A stretch of DNA of 64,000 nt from Callorhinchus milii (taxonomy: Eukaryota). Below the pieces are notes generated by a model. That model was not told the origin of the DNA. It saw nothing but the letters and a program-made list of their open reading frames with translations, and ran no database searches. The stretch's first letter is position 1; every line of letters begins with the position of its first letter. Of the stretch, positions 1 to 12,884 are shown one piece after another. The stretch spans positions 111,478,001-111,542,000 of the forward strand of contig NW_024704743.1 of NCBI RefSeq assembly GCF_018977255.1, in the 5' to 3' direction. A program made the translations under genes and the position numbers.

Positions 1-719
1 TAAATGATGAAACCACATAAGAATTCCACAAGGCGCCCTACATTTCTTTCTGATATCCGGTTTTTGATTTGCAAAATAAAATTACATTGAGGTTTTAAGT
101 CAGCTTTAATAAATGTTGCTTTTAATTGAATTGGCTCCCCAGTTAAAACCAATATATAGAGATATCTTCAGGACGAATCAAAAGTCCTTACTCATATCCC
201 TATATGAGATGCTCAAACTGCAGGCCACGTAGACATTTACATGCATTAAACTTGGTGACAAAAACTTTCACGAAGGAGATGAAAGATAAATCTCTCGTAA
301 TAACTGCACACTCTGTACCAATGTTGTTTTAAAAAAAATGTAACTAACAATTAAAAACTCTATGAGTTAGGACTTCTGATTCACCCTTTATATTCCCTGT
401 CCCGCAGCGCTTGAATTATTTTATCCCATGCTTAAGGCCTTGTGTCCAACACTACCTCTTCCCCCGAGTCCCCCAACAAGGGATTTAGGCAGACCGGCTT
501 CTATGTATCTCTAAGTGCCACTCTTCACTGGTGCATGAGGGGATTTAGGCTATATCAGTCCACGATTTCCCATTTAAGAAAACTCACCATGTGTGTCACT
601 GAAAGACTAGAACAGAAATCACAGCAAAGAGTACATTGGAGTACATTTGGTCTTTTGCATTATTCTTCTAGTCCAGAGCCCAAATTGACCATCTTCAGCT
701 GTTATTAAGTGCAAGTTAT

Positions 720-830
720 CAAGCACTCCAGTGTAATGCTGGGCGAGGGCTGCATTGTTGGTGATGCCGTTAGCTCATCTTTTCAAATCACCATCCTAAA
801 GACCTCCCATCACAGCATCAGGGGGCTTTT
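720..830 (+). mobile_element. Old Deu-domain SINE fragment
   Basis: cactccagtgtaatgctgggcgagggctgcattgttggtgatgccg resembles the reverse complement of the core of the element at 2400-2800. Confidence 0.4.
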
Positions 831-1021
831 TAAATGAAAACCTTGTGATGAGACGTTTTGTTTTCTATTATTGTAACATATTGGAGAACAAAGCAAAGCA
901 CCTCTTTAAATATCTGATGGAGATTATATTATGCATCGTCTGAAAAACTTGCTTTCCGCTGATGAAGGCAACGTTTCATTGCCTCATCATACATTCAGGA
1001 ACACACTTCAGACATCTTTAC

Positions 1022-1066
1022 CAAGCTCGACTTTCAGTGAAATGGATAAGCTGCCACAGGAAAACC
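1022..1066 (-). CDS. Candidate 45-nt exon of unidentified minus-strand gene (may be UTR or spurious)
   Basis: Minus strand: gtcgcatcttcag|GGTTTT...AGCTTG|gtaaag. Splice signals only. Confidence 0.22.
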
Positions 1067-1642
1067 CTGAAGATGCGACATTTAACCCCTTGGTGTTTCT
1101 TAAATGCGTTTATATTTTGTCATATTCTACCCGTGTAGGTAGATTTAGGTGATTCGAGATTGCAGAGACACGTACATCAATAATTTCTCAATTCCTGATG
1201 TATTGAGTAAATTAAGGACAGCCTGTAATCTCGCTGTTTTAGTACCAAAAACACCACTGTCATTTTCAAAGGGTTATACCATCCTCTGGTCAAAATTCTG
1301 AGAGCTGTTTGACAATTCATCATGTGTGCTTCGGTCCATTATGCATTTTGCCAGCTTTGGGAGTTTTTTTTTCCTTGCACTGGCTTATTCTCCACCTCTT
1401 TCTGTGAATTTGTATAAAATTCAGAAATAATCGTACAATTATATTAATGTGTATGATGCTGTCATCTGTGCAGTTTCCAACCATTAAACAGGCAAAGACT
1501 AAACCTTTTCTTAATTCCCCTGGAGACTTAACATTGTAATAGTAAAAGAACCAAATAAGGCATTACATTGCAATGTTCACTGGCTACTCTGATCTTACAA
1601 ATTTATGACAGTTTAATGAGGTCAGATTAGCATTCAGCTCAC

Positions 1643-1689
1643 AACCATGTCGGGTGGACAGTCGGTGATCAAAACAGCATTAGGTCTTC
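1643..1689 (-). CDS. Candidate 47-nt exon ((G)RPNAVLITDCPPDMV in the only open frame)
   Basis: Minus strand: ttcagttaatacag|GAAGAC...ATGGTT|gtgagc. GC/CpG-richer than its flanks. Confidence 0.33.
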
Positions 1690-2399
1690 CTGTATTAACT
1701 GAAATATGTGGTAGGGCCCTTACATGATACAATGACATTTCGCAAATGTGTAACACTCCTTCCATTCCCGTGATATTAAAAAAATCCAAAATAAAACAAC
1801 GGAATATATTTTGGGAGAAGGACATGTCTATTGCTATGTCTCATTATGGATATAAGTGTCTACTATTTAGAGCATTAAACCAACTTCACAAAGTCTAGTT
1901 GAATGTATAATGGACGTGATAGATGCAGTTGTTCGCGCGCTGTACTGATTGTATGTTCATTGTCTTGGCTCAGGTAGATTCTATTTCAGACTCTCAAAGC
2001 AAGGAAGCCCATTGTTAATCTATCAGTTGCTGTTACTAAAGGTTGAAGCACTTACTATGATGTATTTTGATCTGTGGTTAATAAATTACGATTTCAGCTG
2101 TTTTCAAACCTAAGGAATTGGACTGATCCTTTCTACCCACACTATCCCCTGCTCCCTCTGGGATTTGCTCAGCAAGTAATTAGATGTAATTTGCTTAAAG
2201 TGACCATCTAAGCAAGAATAACTGTAGCAAGCTCACTGCCAAAGAGATGTAGTTTTCTTTAATCATACAACCTCCACAACATGAAAGCGTATAACTTGTC
2301 CCTCCAGTGAGTTTGCATCCAGATTTATTTTAACGATCAGGGATTACAGTGTACTTGAGGGTGAAAACAAACACAGTTGAAGGAATAAATTATTCTATA

Positions 2400-2800
2400 T
2401 AATCCTTGCATTTGATACAGTGTTTAATCACATCGTCGAGACGTCTCAAAGCACTTCAGAGGATTTTACTGTGAGATGTAGTGACTGTATCTTGTAGGCA
2501 AACACGTCAGCCAATTTGCACTCAGCAATATTCCTATGAAGGGATAGGCTAATTTTACTGGCCAAGACACAGAGAGAAACTGCCCTTTTTGAATAGCGTT
2601 AAGGATCTTTAATCCCACCTGGACATACAATGGACCTCGATTAACGTCTCACCCAAAGGATGGCAACTCTGATAATATGGCACTCCCCTACCATTGCTCT
2701 GGAGGGTCAGTCAAGACTATGTGAATCCAGTTTGCGTCCTGAACCCACAACCTTGTGTCTTAGAGGCCAAAGTGTTAGCAATTGAGCCAAGCTGACACAA
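2400..2800 (-). mobile_element. Old, near full-length tRNA-headed Deu-domain SINE (SacSINE1/AmnSINE1-like) with L2-type tail
   Basis: Tail ccttgcatttgatacagtg...gagacgtctcaaagcacttca at 2404-2460. Deu-like core ggatctttaatcccacct...ggacctcgattaacgtctcacccaaaggatggcaactctga. tRNA-like head gaacccacaacctt...tgagccaagctgaca at the right end. Confidence 0.75.
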
Positions 2801-3569
2801 ATACTTGTTCTTAACGACAGAACTAATGTCAAGTCCAAAATATCCATCTTAGAATTCATCACCACAGAGCACCTGAAACCAAATATAAAACTACAGTAAG
2901 TCGTAAAAATCCACGTATAACCCTAGCAACATGATCCTCGTCCACTGAATTTTTTGCTGGAATTGAACCACTAATCGAACATTCAGAAGTGTAATGTATA
3001 ACTTAAAGGAGATGTGTGCCAGGAACACAAATGTCTTAAATGTTGGTGAATTAAACAAAGGAAGAGACATGGATACAATTTATGTTCCACGAGTGGGTTA
3101 TAGCTCACAAAAGTACAATACAACACAGCTCACAAGAGGAATATAACTACAGCTCACAAGGGAGGATGCATTTGGCCAACATTAAAGTGCACTGTACACT
3201 CTTTTGAGTGCAGCTGTACAGATTTTTTAAAATAATTCCTCATTTAATAATACCACGTCTATTTGTTTAGCTGTAAAGATGTGCATGGCCAATTGGGGAG
3301 ACATTTTCATACAGGCTGAGATTTAGTCTACTTCCCACTCTTTATACCATCACTTTTAGTCTCAAATAGAGATCAGGTGGCAACCACCAAAATTTATTAA
3401 TGTACCTTTTGGTAATACAGTATATAACTGAATAGTTATCACAGAGCCATCTGTATGCAGTCCTGGCTGTTTCAATGCAATATTTAACTCTGGAACCTTG
3501 GAGGAATAATTGCCATGTTTTTTTTGAACATTACAATTTTCACCATAATATATTTTACGAATGTAGCCA

Positions 3570-3945
3570 AGAGATGTCAGTACCGGGGATGGAGCATTTC
3601 CAGTTCATTCATCAAGCACCCTAAGGACTGGTATAACACAGGATAATCTGAATTCAAAGCTCTCTGTCCATTGCTGCAAAAACAAGCATCAAAGCACCCA
3701 TGCTGCACCATATGATATTTTTATTTCCCAGACCATTTATCCTTGTGATCTCTCGGAGTTAGATTATGCGATTAGTGCCAATTAGTGCCAAATTATGGCT
3801 TGTTCTGCTGAGGATTGTGCCCACAGGGACCTGTGAGGAGGGACCTTTAACAGCCGTCAGAGAGAAAGGACATTCATGCCATCTGTCTGAATGGGGTTTG
3901 ATCTAAGATCCAGAGGAAAACAATGGTGTTCAAACCCATGGTGGG
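3570..3945 (-). mobile_element. Ancient SINE-like element, family unassigned
   Basis: The right end resembles a decayed reverse-complemented tRNA head (ggggtttgatctaagatccagagg...aacccatg). The body resembles interspersed repeats I recall from sharks; not verified. Confidence 0.3.
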
Positions 3946-4588
3946 GATTACTGTACTCCACACAGAATTCACATTCACCTAGAGTTCGATTGTTCATCCA
4001 CTAATAGGGATGTTGCTCTTCCAGGCATCCTGGGACATCCTCCCTATGTGAAAGGTGTTATATAAATGTAAATTAGTATTATATTGTATTGTGAGACTGA
4101 TTAGGTTTTATGCTACTGAGGACATGTTGCATTACTAGGATCCAAGGCTATTATGGCTAGTTTTGTGAGTTACATACATTTGCCATGTGTGCTTCAAAAC
4201 TAATTTATTCATAACATTACATTCCTGAGCAGTTGTGCTTTGTTCTTTCTTGTACTCGTTCTAATGCAAATCTATATTTTTGTGGTGCAGACACCTGAAG
4301 TAGACACAATATTGTGAGGCGGTGTTAATGGTAGATGTCTGAGGATGAAAAGTGCAGTACAAATGGGAGATCAGGCAGCACGAGCCATATCGAAGTCTTT
4401 TGCTGGAACCACCCTCAGCATTACATGGAATGTGGTATTAAAATAAATCTGCAGAAAATACACCACCATTCTTTTTCTGATCCCTTCTTTTGGTGTTACG
4501 ATATACAGAATAACTCAGATATTCCAACATATCCAACCACATCAATTTGCTTGTAAAAAGATAAACTATTGAATTGATCTGAAAAGTA

Positions 4589-4774
4589 CAGTAAACTCCT
4601 GATAACTCGTCACTCCGAGTGAGAAGGGCTCAGTGACGGGTTTACCGTATGAGTAAGATAATAAATAAGCAAACAAACAAACAAACCAGCAAGCAAGTAA
4701 GCAAGCATTGACAATATGATAACTGTAGTGGTAGTGATAAGTTAAGCCGAGGTCGACATATCAGGAATTTACCT
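4589..4774. mobile_element. Decayed MITE, Tc1/mariner-pogo (Tigger) type
   Basis: TA|CAGTAAACTCCTGATAACTCG ... CGACATATCAGGAATTTACCT|TA: imperfect 21-bp terminal inverted repeats (16/21 by eye), TA on both sides and a CAGT start. Confidence 0.6.
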
Positions 4775-5016
4775 TATGTTTCCATACAAAATATTTTAAA
4801 AATCTTATTAAATATAAAAACTACAAAGTAGTTTTAAAAATCACTATAATTATATTTGAACTTTGGTTCATTGTATTTTGAAATCATCTTGTTTCAGGGT
4901 AAAGATCGCTGTTTATCTGTGTGCAGATTCATACTTAATGATCTTCCAACATATGATTGTGCTGCTGTCACATTGAAAAGCGCAGCTCATTGATATGTAT
5001 ACATGCACACTCTTAC

Positions 5017-5037
5017 CAAATGTTGTTGATCTTTGCA
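5017..5037 (-). CDS. Candidate 21-nt micro-exon
   Basis: Minus strand: ttcttgctgtgtgacag|TGCAAAGATCAACAACATTTG|gtaaga. Open in all three frames. Confidence 0.25.
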
Positions 5038-6289
5038 CTGTCACACAGCAAGAATACTATGTCATATCACATGTTAATTTACCAGAAAGTACACGTTTAA
5101 AATATTACTTTAGAGCAAAATAACACAACTTTAAACTTACAGTTCACCAATACATCTGTTACTGAGTTAGAGGTTAAGTAGTTGGAAGCACCATGTGTGA
5201 AGGTGTTAAAATGGTCTTTCCTTTCTAGGCATGTTACTAATAGCGTTTATTTGAAGTGTGGTTTACTATATTTATGTTAATGAGCGTTAGTAAACAGTCT
5301 AAAAAAAATCTTTTTCTAGATGGAGCAGAACTAATCTGACTTGCTGATAAATAGCTGAAGAAATATTGTAAAACAGACACTCCTGTCTTATCCCTTAAAC
5401 CTATGCAAATATTATATAAAAATGGCATCAAAGCCTTCTGAAGAAAACAGCTGTAGTAAACAGCTCCAGGCGTCTAGTTTTGTTATTACACGAACCTATG
5501 CAACATTCTTGTGAATAATTCACATAAGCTATGAGGTGACAGGCCAAACATCCCTGTTTTGTCAGTGTTATCTCGCAAGGCAGCTAGACAGAACTGAGAC
5601 TAGAATGAGTTGAGGAGGGCCAAAGGGAATCATAGCCCATCTAGGTGTGGTGATGCTGCTGTAAAGAAAATGAAATATAATGAGAGGCTGCCCCATGCAT
5701 TATTCATGGCAGGCGATGACTGTATAAAACCACGAGGATTTTGACAAGGCAAGCCTGCAATCATGCACATTATCCTCCCTGTGGAATTTGTTTTTATAAT
5801 ATTGGTCGAGAGAGGGCTATAAATGCCACTGAAAAATAAAGTTGACAGGTTTCCAAATACAGTGGATTATATTGAAGTGTGTGGCTGATGTGTACAGAAT
5901 TTGGTTTAAGCGAACACATTCTAGAAAAAAAGCCCATGTTAATGTCATACCCATTAAAATTCAGTCCTGTTAACAGTCATTTTACCTCTGTATTCCGGTT
6001 ATAACCCGGAAGGGAGGAGGGGGGGTGGGAAATGTCCATTGACACTTCAGCTTAGTCTGATGTTATTTTGTACTTTACTGCTGTACACTTGCAAATGTTT
6101 TTACAAAATTCATACATGAGTTCAGTTAAACATGTCATTGGAGAAATCATTAAAATGTTATTAAACTCATCACCATGACAGCATACACTGTGTCATTCAT
6201 TGTTGGATCAGCAAAATTTTAAATTGAACCAAATTATTTATAAAAGATGATATGTGAATTACACAGTCTTTTATCATATGATTTTGATT

Positions 6290-6500
6290 TTGGTCAGCTG
6301 GGTGTTGACACACACACAGAAACCCATCACCGTGCTTAAGAGTAAACCAGACTGAGAGTTCCACATATGTACGCCACCTACACATAGCAATTTTCTGTGT
6401 CTGGAATGGAACACACACTCTCTCCCTGGAGGGACGCACTTTGCTTAGCTAATTCTGAGGCTATTGGGCGCAGGTTGAAACCAAAGGCTTGGTGACCCCA
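6290..6500 (+). repeat. Unclassified old interspersed repeat, copy 1 of 3
   Basis: Co-linear motifs (ggtcagctgg, agagttcca, tgctta.ctaattctg, tattggg, aaggcttggtgac) shared with 19955-20165 and, inverted, with 19185-19370. Confidence 0.65.
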
Positions 6501-7064
6501 CAGTATGTGTTTAAACAGCTCTGTCAAACATCCTGTTGCTTGTTCGTCTTGGACCACCTCTCCTATTAATGCTTTGACTTGAGGGTTAACACATATTATA
6601 TATTGAAGTCAGAGATAGGTGTTTTTTTAGATAGTTTGTCTTTTATCGAAGCTGTTTTCCCATTACACATATTTACTAAGATTCACCTTGTTAGATTGTA
6701 TAAGAGCAGACCTGACAATTCAATGATTTTATGAAATCCCTGACAATTTTAGGAATTCTCTGAAGTCCCCAAACAAACTAGTAATTTCATGAAATTACTG
6801 AATATTTCAGTGATCATTGCATAATCTCTGGTTTCACAATTTTACTGTAACATATCTAATATATATATAGCTCCAAAGAAGATAACAATAGGGGCTGAGC
6901 AGGAAGAGTTTGTGATCCCAATGGAAGGATCCTTCCAATTCCTGCCGATGAGCTAGGCTGGCTGGGTCTCATTTTAAAGCTCTTATGATAGATTCATCCA
7001 CCAGATCCCTCTGTCCTGCTTGATATCACAGTGAGCACGTACCATATAAAAAACACTGTCTCTA

Positions 7065-7205
7065 AGATGCATTGTTAAAGGAAGAAAGAGCAGGAAGTTT
7101 TGGTTGAAATGTTAAGCCAAAGTCCTGTCTGTCTGTTCAGGTGGATGCTAAAGATCCCATGACATTATTTGACAAAAAAGGAATTTTGTCCAGGTGGCCA
7201 ACAAT
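7065..7205 (+). mobile_element. Deu-domain SINE core fragment
   Basis: gaaatgttaagccaaagtcctgtctgtctgttcaggtggatgctaaagatcccatgacattatttga matches the reverse complement of the core at 2590-2660 and 19620-19690. Confidence 0.6.
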
Positions 7206-7404
7206 ATTTTATAACATTTACCATATTTTATTTCTGTATTCCTGTACTCAACTCTTCCCAGATTTGTTCACATCCTTAGAACCATAGAACTCAAGTGACA
7301 TTTTGCCAGACATTTTGCCAGCAAACTCGGTCACAAATGAAGACTTGTGCTTCTGCAATCTCTACCCAATCTCTCAATATTTATCACTCCACTTGACAGT
7401 ATAT

Positions 7405-7532
7405 CCACAAATTATACGTTTCTCCCACAAAATCTACAGTCAATTCATTTTACAATATATTCTGTGAAGCGTTCTGAGACATCTCGAAGACGTGACAAGG
7501 TGCCATATCAAATGCGATTATTATTATTATTA
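7405..7532 (+). mobile_element. 5'-truncated SINE 3' end with (TTA)n tail
   Basis: cccacaaaatctacagtcaattcattttac...ttctgtgaagcgttctgagac...tatcaaatgcgattattattattatt matches the 3' part of the SINE at 23351. Confidence 0.8.
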
Positions 7533-7606
7533 TCCAACATATCTCGACATAGTAAGGGGCTATACCAAATGTAAGCATTATTATTAACCACCACCACCAT
7601 CACCAC

Positions 7607-10005
7607 CAACAACAACAATTTGGATCTATATAGCGCCCTCCACGCCGGACGGCGTCTCAGAGCGCTTCACAGTAACGGATCCCGGGGCCGAACCGGGGGA
7701 AGGGGGGGGAAAGGTGACCAAAGGCGCGGTCGAAAAGAAAGGTCTTCAGCAGAGACCTGAAAATAGGAAGAGAGGGAGCGAGGCGAACTGAGTGAGGAAG
7801 GGAGTTCCAGAGCCTCGGGGCATAGTGGCTAAAGGCACGGCTGCCGAGGGTGGAGCTGAGGACTCAGGGGACAAGGAGGAGGCCAGACCCAGAGGAACAC
7901 AGGCAGCGGGCACTATTTTGAGGAGACAGGAGGTCAGAGAGGTAGGAGGGTGTGGAGGAGTGGAGGGATTTGAAGACAAGGGTGAGGATCTTGAAATCGA
8001 TCCTCTCTGGGACAGGGAGCCAGTGCAGTCTGACAAGGATTGGGGTAATCAGGGAGCGGAGTTTGGGGCTTGTAAGAATGCGGTCAGCAGAGTTTTGTAT
8101 GACCTGGATTTTATGTATGGTAGTGGAGGGGAGGCTGGCGAGGAAGGCATTAGAATAGTCCAGCCGAGAGGTGACAGAGGCATGGACCAGGGTTTCAGTG
8201 GCTTTCGGAGAGAGGTATTGGCAGAGACAGGCGATGCATCAGTGGTGAAAGAAACTGGTGCTGGTGAGGGACTGGATGTGGGGGAGGAAGGATAATTGGG
8301 GGTCGGACCTGATGCCTAGGATGTGTATGGGTTCGGAAAGTTTTAGGGGGAGGTCGGATAGGTGGAGGAGGTGAGAACCATGAGATTTTAGACGTTAACC
8401 AGAGCCAAAGAGTATGGCTTTCGTCTTGTCAAAGTTCAGCTGAAGAAAATTTGCACTCATCCAGCCCCTGAGATCTGACAAGCAGGCTGACAGAACATCA
8501 GGGGACTGGGGGTCACAAAGAGGTGGAAAAATACAGTTGGGTGTCATCTGCATACATGTGGAAATGTACCCCATGTCTTCGGATGACATCAAGAAGGAGC
8601 ATGTAGATCAGAAAGAAGAAGGGGCCAAGGATGGATCCTTGGGGTACCCCTCAGTAACCAGGTGAGAGTGGGAGGAGAGGCCGTTTGTGCAGATGTACTG
8701 CTGGCGGTTTGTGAGGTAGGACTCGAACCAGGCGAATGCAGTCCCACTGAGGTGGATGACGGAGGAAAGGCAGTGGAGGAGGATGGCGTGATCGACTGTG
8801 TCGAACGCGGTGGAGAGGTCCAGGAGGACAAGGAGGTAGAGGGAGCTCTGGTCACAGATAGCGAGGATGGTGCTTGTGACTTTCACAAGTGCAGTCTCTG
8901 TACTGTGGACAGGGCGGAAACCGGACTGGAGGGGTTCGAAGAGGGAGTTGGAGGAGAGTTGTGCACGGAGTTGATTGGCAACAACTTGTTCTAGGAAGGG
9001 CAGGTTAGAAATAGGGCAGTAGTGGCTTGGGTTTGAGGGATCTAGGGAAGGTCTTTTGAGGAGGGGGGTGATGACAGCAGTTTTGAGGGGGGCAGGGACT
9101 GATCCAGAGGAGAGGGACTGGTTGATGACATCAGCCAGTAGTGGGCAGAGGAGGGGGAGCTGGGTGACCAGCAAGTTGGTGGGGAGGGGGTCGAGGCAGC
9201 AGGTGGTGGGTTTCATTGCGGTGATGGTGGGTGAGAGGGAGGAGGGAGAGATGGGAGGAAGGAATGTAGGATGGGGTTGGTGGTAGGAGCTGATGATGGG
9301 GAGGGTGAGGGGGATGAAGAGGGCGTGGTGGTGGGTGAGAAGAGGCAGGAGGATGAGGCTGCCTGGCAGATGCTTTGTATTTTAGATGAAAAGAAGTCCA
9401 TGACCTCTTCGTATTTGGCATTTGATATGAAGATTGAGGAGGCCTAAGGGGGGGCATGGAGGAGGTAGTGGGTGGTGGAAAAAAGGATTTTCGGGTTGTG
9501 CTTAATCTCCAAGATGATGTTGGAGTAGAAGGCCATTTTTGCACGTGTCAAAGAATGGCAGTAGCTGTAGAGATGCTTGAGCCACAGTTGGCGGTGGACT
9601 GTCAGGCCAGTTTTCTGCCATCTGCACTCAAGCAGCAGGGTTTGGGTTTTTAGGCGGCGGAAATGGTTGTTGTACCAGGGGGATCGGGTGAGTTTGGAGT
9701 TGGTCCTGGATTTCAGGGGGATGAGGGAGTTGAAGGTGGAGGCGAGGCAATCATGGAGCAGCTGGACGGCTGCTTCAGGATCTCCGCGAGTGAAAGGCCA
9801 GAGGGATAGGATGTTTGATGATGTTAGGGCCTTTGCGAGGGTCTCAGGGGGTAGCCTTTTCCAAGGGCGGTAGAGGATGGTTGAGGGTTTGACGGAGGAG
9901 AGAGGGATGTGAGAGAAGGAGATGAAGAAGTGGTCCAAGATGGCCTTGTCCACTATGCTAAGGTCGGAAATGTCAAGGCTGTGGGTGTTAACGAGGTCAA
10001 CCATC
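7607..10005 (-). mobile_element. L2-clade LINE, 5'-truncated, with frameshifted ORF2 (end of endonuclease region, reverse transcriptase, 3' UTR, (TTG)n tail)
   Basis: Minus-strand peptides [63 protein letters not shown] (~8620-8650), HMYADDTQ (~8540-8563) and WMSANFLQLNFDKT. Terminus gcgctatatagatccaaattgttgttg. Confidence 0.95.
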
Positions 10006-10055
10006 ACGGGCTTGATGGGTCAAATGGTCTCCTGTGCTTAATTTTTATGCTCCTA
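10006..10055 (+). mobile_element. CR1-type 3' tail remnant
   Basis: gggcttgatgggtcaaatggtctcct...tttttatgctccta resembles the CR1 3' hairpin and terminal repeat. Confidence 0.4.
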
Positions 10056-10762
10056 AAATCGTAATAGTTATTTAATGCCAAATGTATAATTACCTGAAAA
10101 ATATATTTGTTGACAATTTGCAAATGTGTTCAGTTGACAAAAGAGCCTGTAGAAACATTCGTTCAGGGTTGAATGCTTTTATTGAACATAAGGCATAACT
10201 TTTAATAACAAAATAATGATAAAATGATCATAAAAGACAACAGTTTATGTGAAGTAAAGTCCCTGAATTCATTGGACTTTACATAATACTGCTCCCTTTA
10301 CTACCTATCAATAACTGTGTTTGGCTGGGTGGTTGGTTTGGTGCTTAATATAGTAATTTTCGGTTGTAGCAAAATATTCAGTCTGTGATATATTAAAATT
10401 CATTGAAGAAATGGAAGTTCAAATCACCTCATAACTAGATTCTAATGAAAATGTCAACAATTTCTTCATTTTATGTTTCTTTGACAAATGATATAAATAT
10501 ATTACCTATTTTCTTAATGAAAGAGTTAACTGGGAGTTCATCAAAATGCCATTAAATATTCCATTTCTTCTGTGATTTAATGCTGAGGTAATATACTGAA
10601 ACCTTCATTTGTGTGTCGCTATAATAATAGATCCTTTCTCCCTGATAAAACAACTGTACCACTGGAAAGTCAAATGTGTTTGTTTTATTTCCTCAATATT
10701 ATCTTATTCATGCACTAATCCTTGCTGTCTCCTAGGCTGATTGCTTCAAAAACGTCCCTTAC

Positions 10763-10831
10763 TAACACATTATCAACATAGCAATGGATGTATTCACATC
10801 TTTCTCCTCAGCAATTGCAGAAATGAATGGC
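10763..10831 (-). CDS. Weak candidate 69-nt exon (PFISAIAEEKDVNTSIAMLIMC)
   Basis: Donor TA|gtaagg and a weak acceptor ttatttggttggcaaag. Phase-compatible with the 16469-16513 candidate. Confidence 0.2.
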
Positions 10832-11334
10832 CTTTGCCAACCAAATAAAACACCACATAGCGTATGGTGAAGCTTCAACGGAACCCGAAATCCACTATAT
10901 CCATTAACACTCACTTTCGTGTAGATATGTGTAAAAAAATAATGCAAGTAAAACACATTCAAATATATATCGTAGCTACCATTGTGTTTATCTTAAAGTT
11001 AACTCTGCAGGTTCCTTCAATGCTTTTTTTAAAATAAAACTTCTCTTTATCTATTAAAATAGCAGTGATCAAAGCAAAGTCTGAATCACTCCAGAAGTGG
11101 AGTGGCTTCACCCAGCACCAATTGGTCAAAAGAACACAGTACCTGGGACATCTCCAAGATACATGCAGTTTTCAGTGAATATAGGGTGCAAGAGAATAAG
11201 CTGAAAATCACATGAAAAGTGAAATACTGTAGATAATTTGTATGGAAGCGATCTAGAATTTCAATAAAAATGTCAAACTTCAGGGTCCCATTTTGGTCAG
11301 TTTGTGCTGAGCTTTTTTCTCCCAACGTTACAGC

Positions 11335-11690
11335 AAATGGGCAATTTGAGGAGATCGGAGCCAGAGATTACGGGAGGCAAAAAGGCTTCTGTCTCATCCA
11401 TGTTGAGTTTCAGCAAATGGTGGCTCAGCCAGGTCTTGATGTCTGATAGCCAAGCGGACAGGATATCAATGGACCTGGAATCAAGAATAGAAGTGGATTT
11501 GGGTGTCATCCACGTACACATGGAGTCAGTCCTGTGTCTGCAGATGATATCACCAAGAAAAAGCATGTGTACAAGGAAAAGGATGAGACCAAGGATAAAG
11601 CTCTGAGGTACTCTGCAGGTAATGGTGTAAGTGCAGGATGAATAACAGTTAAGAGGAGACAAAGTATAAATCCTGCTCTTTGCTCTAGTA
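11335..11690 (-). mobile_element. Old L2 reverse transcriptase fragment
   Basis: RVPQSFILGLILFLVHMLFLGDII, tacgtggatgacacccaa (YVDDTQ) and WLSHHLLKLNMDETE parallel the L2 RT at 8400-8700. Confidence 0.85.
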
Positions 11691-11914
11691 GCTGTTTCTG
11701 GAAATGGTTCTTTGCATTTCTACAAGATTATTGTTAATTAATGCACTATTATCTGATGGTAGATAATGATCAGGTGTTCTGTGGAAAACAGAACAACATG
11801 GGATCAAACAAAGTGGCCAAAGTTTAATCACTTGTGAAAGTTGTGTGTGCAGCAGCTATATGGCAGCTCCTGCAAGCTCATACATAATATAATACAGCTA
11901 ATAGTGTTATTGTG

Positions 11915-12160
11915 TTCTGACCAAACCCTTTGGAACTCCATCCCACAGTCCCTTCGGCTTGCTCCCTACTTTACCTCCTTCAAGGCACGTCTCAAGACCC
12001 TCCTCTTCGAATGTGCCTTTGGCCACCCCCCTAACTCTACCATCCCTGTCCTCCACCCCTCCTGATCCCAACCCCCTGCTTGGGTCCAAATCCCTGACTG
12101 TCCAGCACTTGGGACGTTCTTCTGACATGAAAGATGCTGTACAAATGTACCTTGTTCGTT
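11915..12160 (+). mobile_element. L2 3' end (second subfamily)
   Basis: LWNSIPQSLRLAPYFTSFKARLKTLLFECAF (L2 ORF2 C-terminus) followed by a ctgtccagcac...gtgaaa-type tail, as at 25810 and 61650. Confidence 0.85.
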
Positions 12161-12884
12161 TGTTTATTGCTTGGGGGATGGGCAGCAGAGCAGATAGGTT
12201 AGTATGATCAGGTAAAAAACACTTATTAGTAATAATGTTTCAGGATGAGGTTATTGTATCGACTCTGAATACAAAAATATCACAAAATCAACTGAATATC
12301 CATGAAGTAATTCAAGCTGGAATATGTGGGTCAGTGTTTGGTTACAGCTGTCAGTTTTAGTGGTTAGCTGTGCTGCCCTGAAGCCAGTCTTACAATCTGC
12401 TGTCTGCTCACATACACCAATCCCCTAGTCGCTCTTCCCGGAACTGTATTTGGGTACATGAATGAAGAGGGATATCTTTTTCCCCAACTTTGTGCCTAAT
12501 ACAACACACGAATACTGCACCGTAAATGTGTGCAAACAATTGTTAAAAGCAGAATTGCGCTGTAGCATCTACAAATGTATGATGGAAAAGTCTTTTTCAC
12601 TGAGTTGAATTCCATATATTTCTTAACATACAGGCAGTGGTCGAAGAATCAGGGTCACCACTCTGCACCATTAGGTGTATCAGTGGTCAGCAGTAACCAG
12701 TCATTACAGTAACCGTCTGATGACCAGTTGCATGTTGGATTTAATCACTACTGGATCAAAATGGCCGATAAAGTCAGTTCCTTAGTGGTATGGGGGGGAA
12801 GTCAGGTTAAATTCAGTAACTCTAAATTTACCTTTGTTGTGAGTTATGCAAGATGCGAGTTGGTTAGACATTATTCCTCTCAAC

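Noticed and set aside
7792..9873. Plus-strand ORFs of 167, 110 and 98 aa
   Set aside because: Antisense shadows of the minus-strand L2 ORF2.
7607..10005. Active, autonomous L2
   Set aside because: 5'-truncated, and ORF2 is split by frameshifts, stops and deletions.
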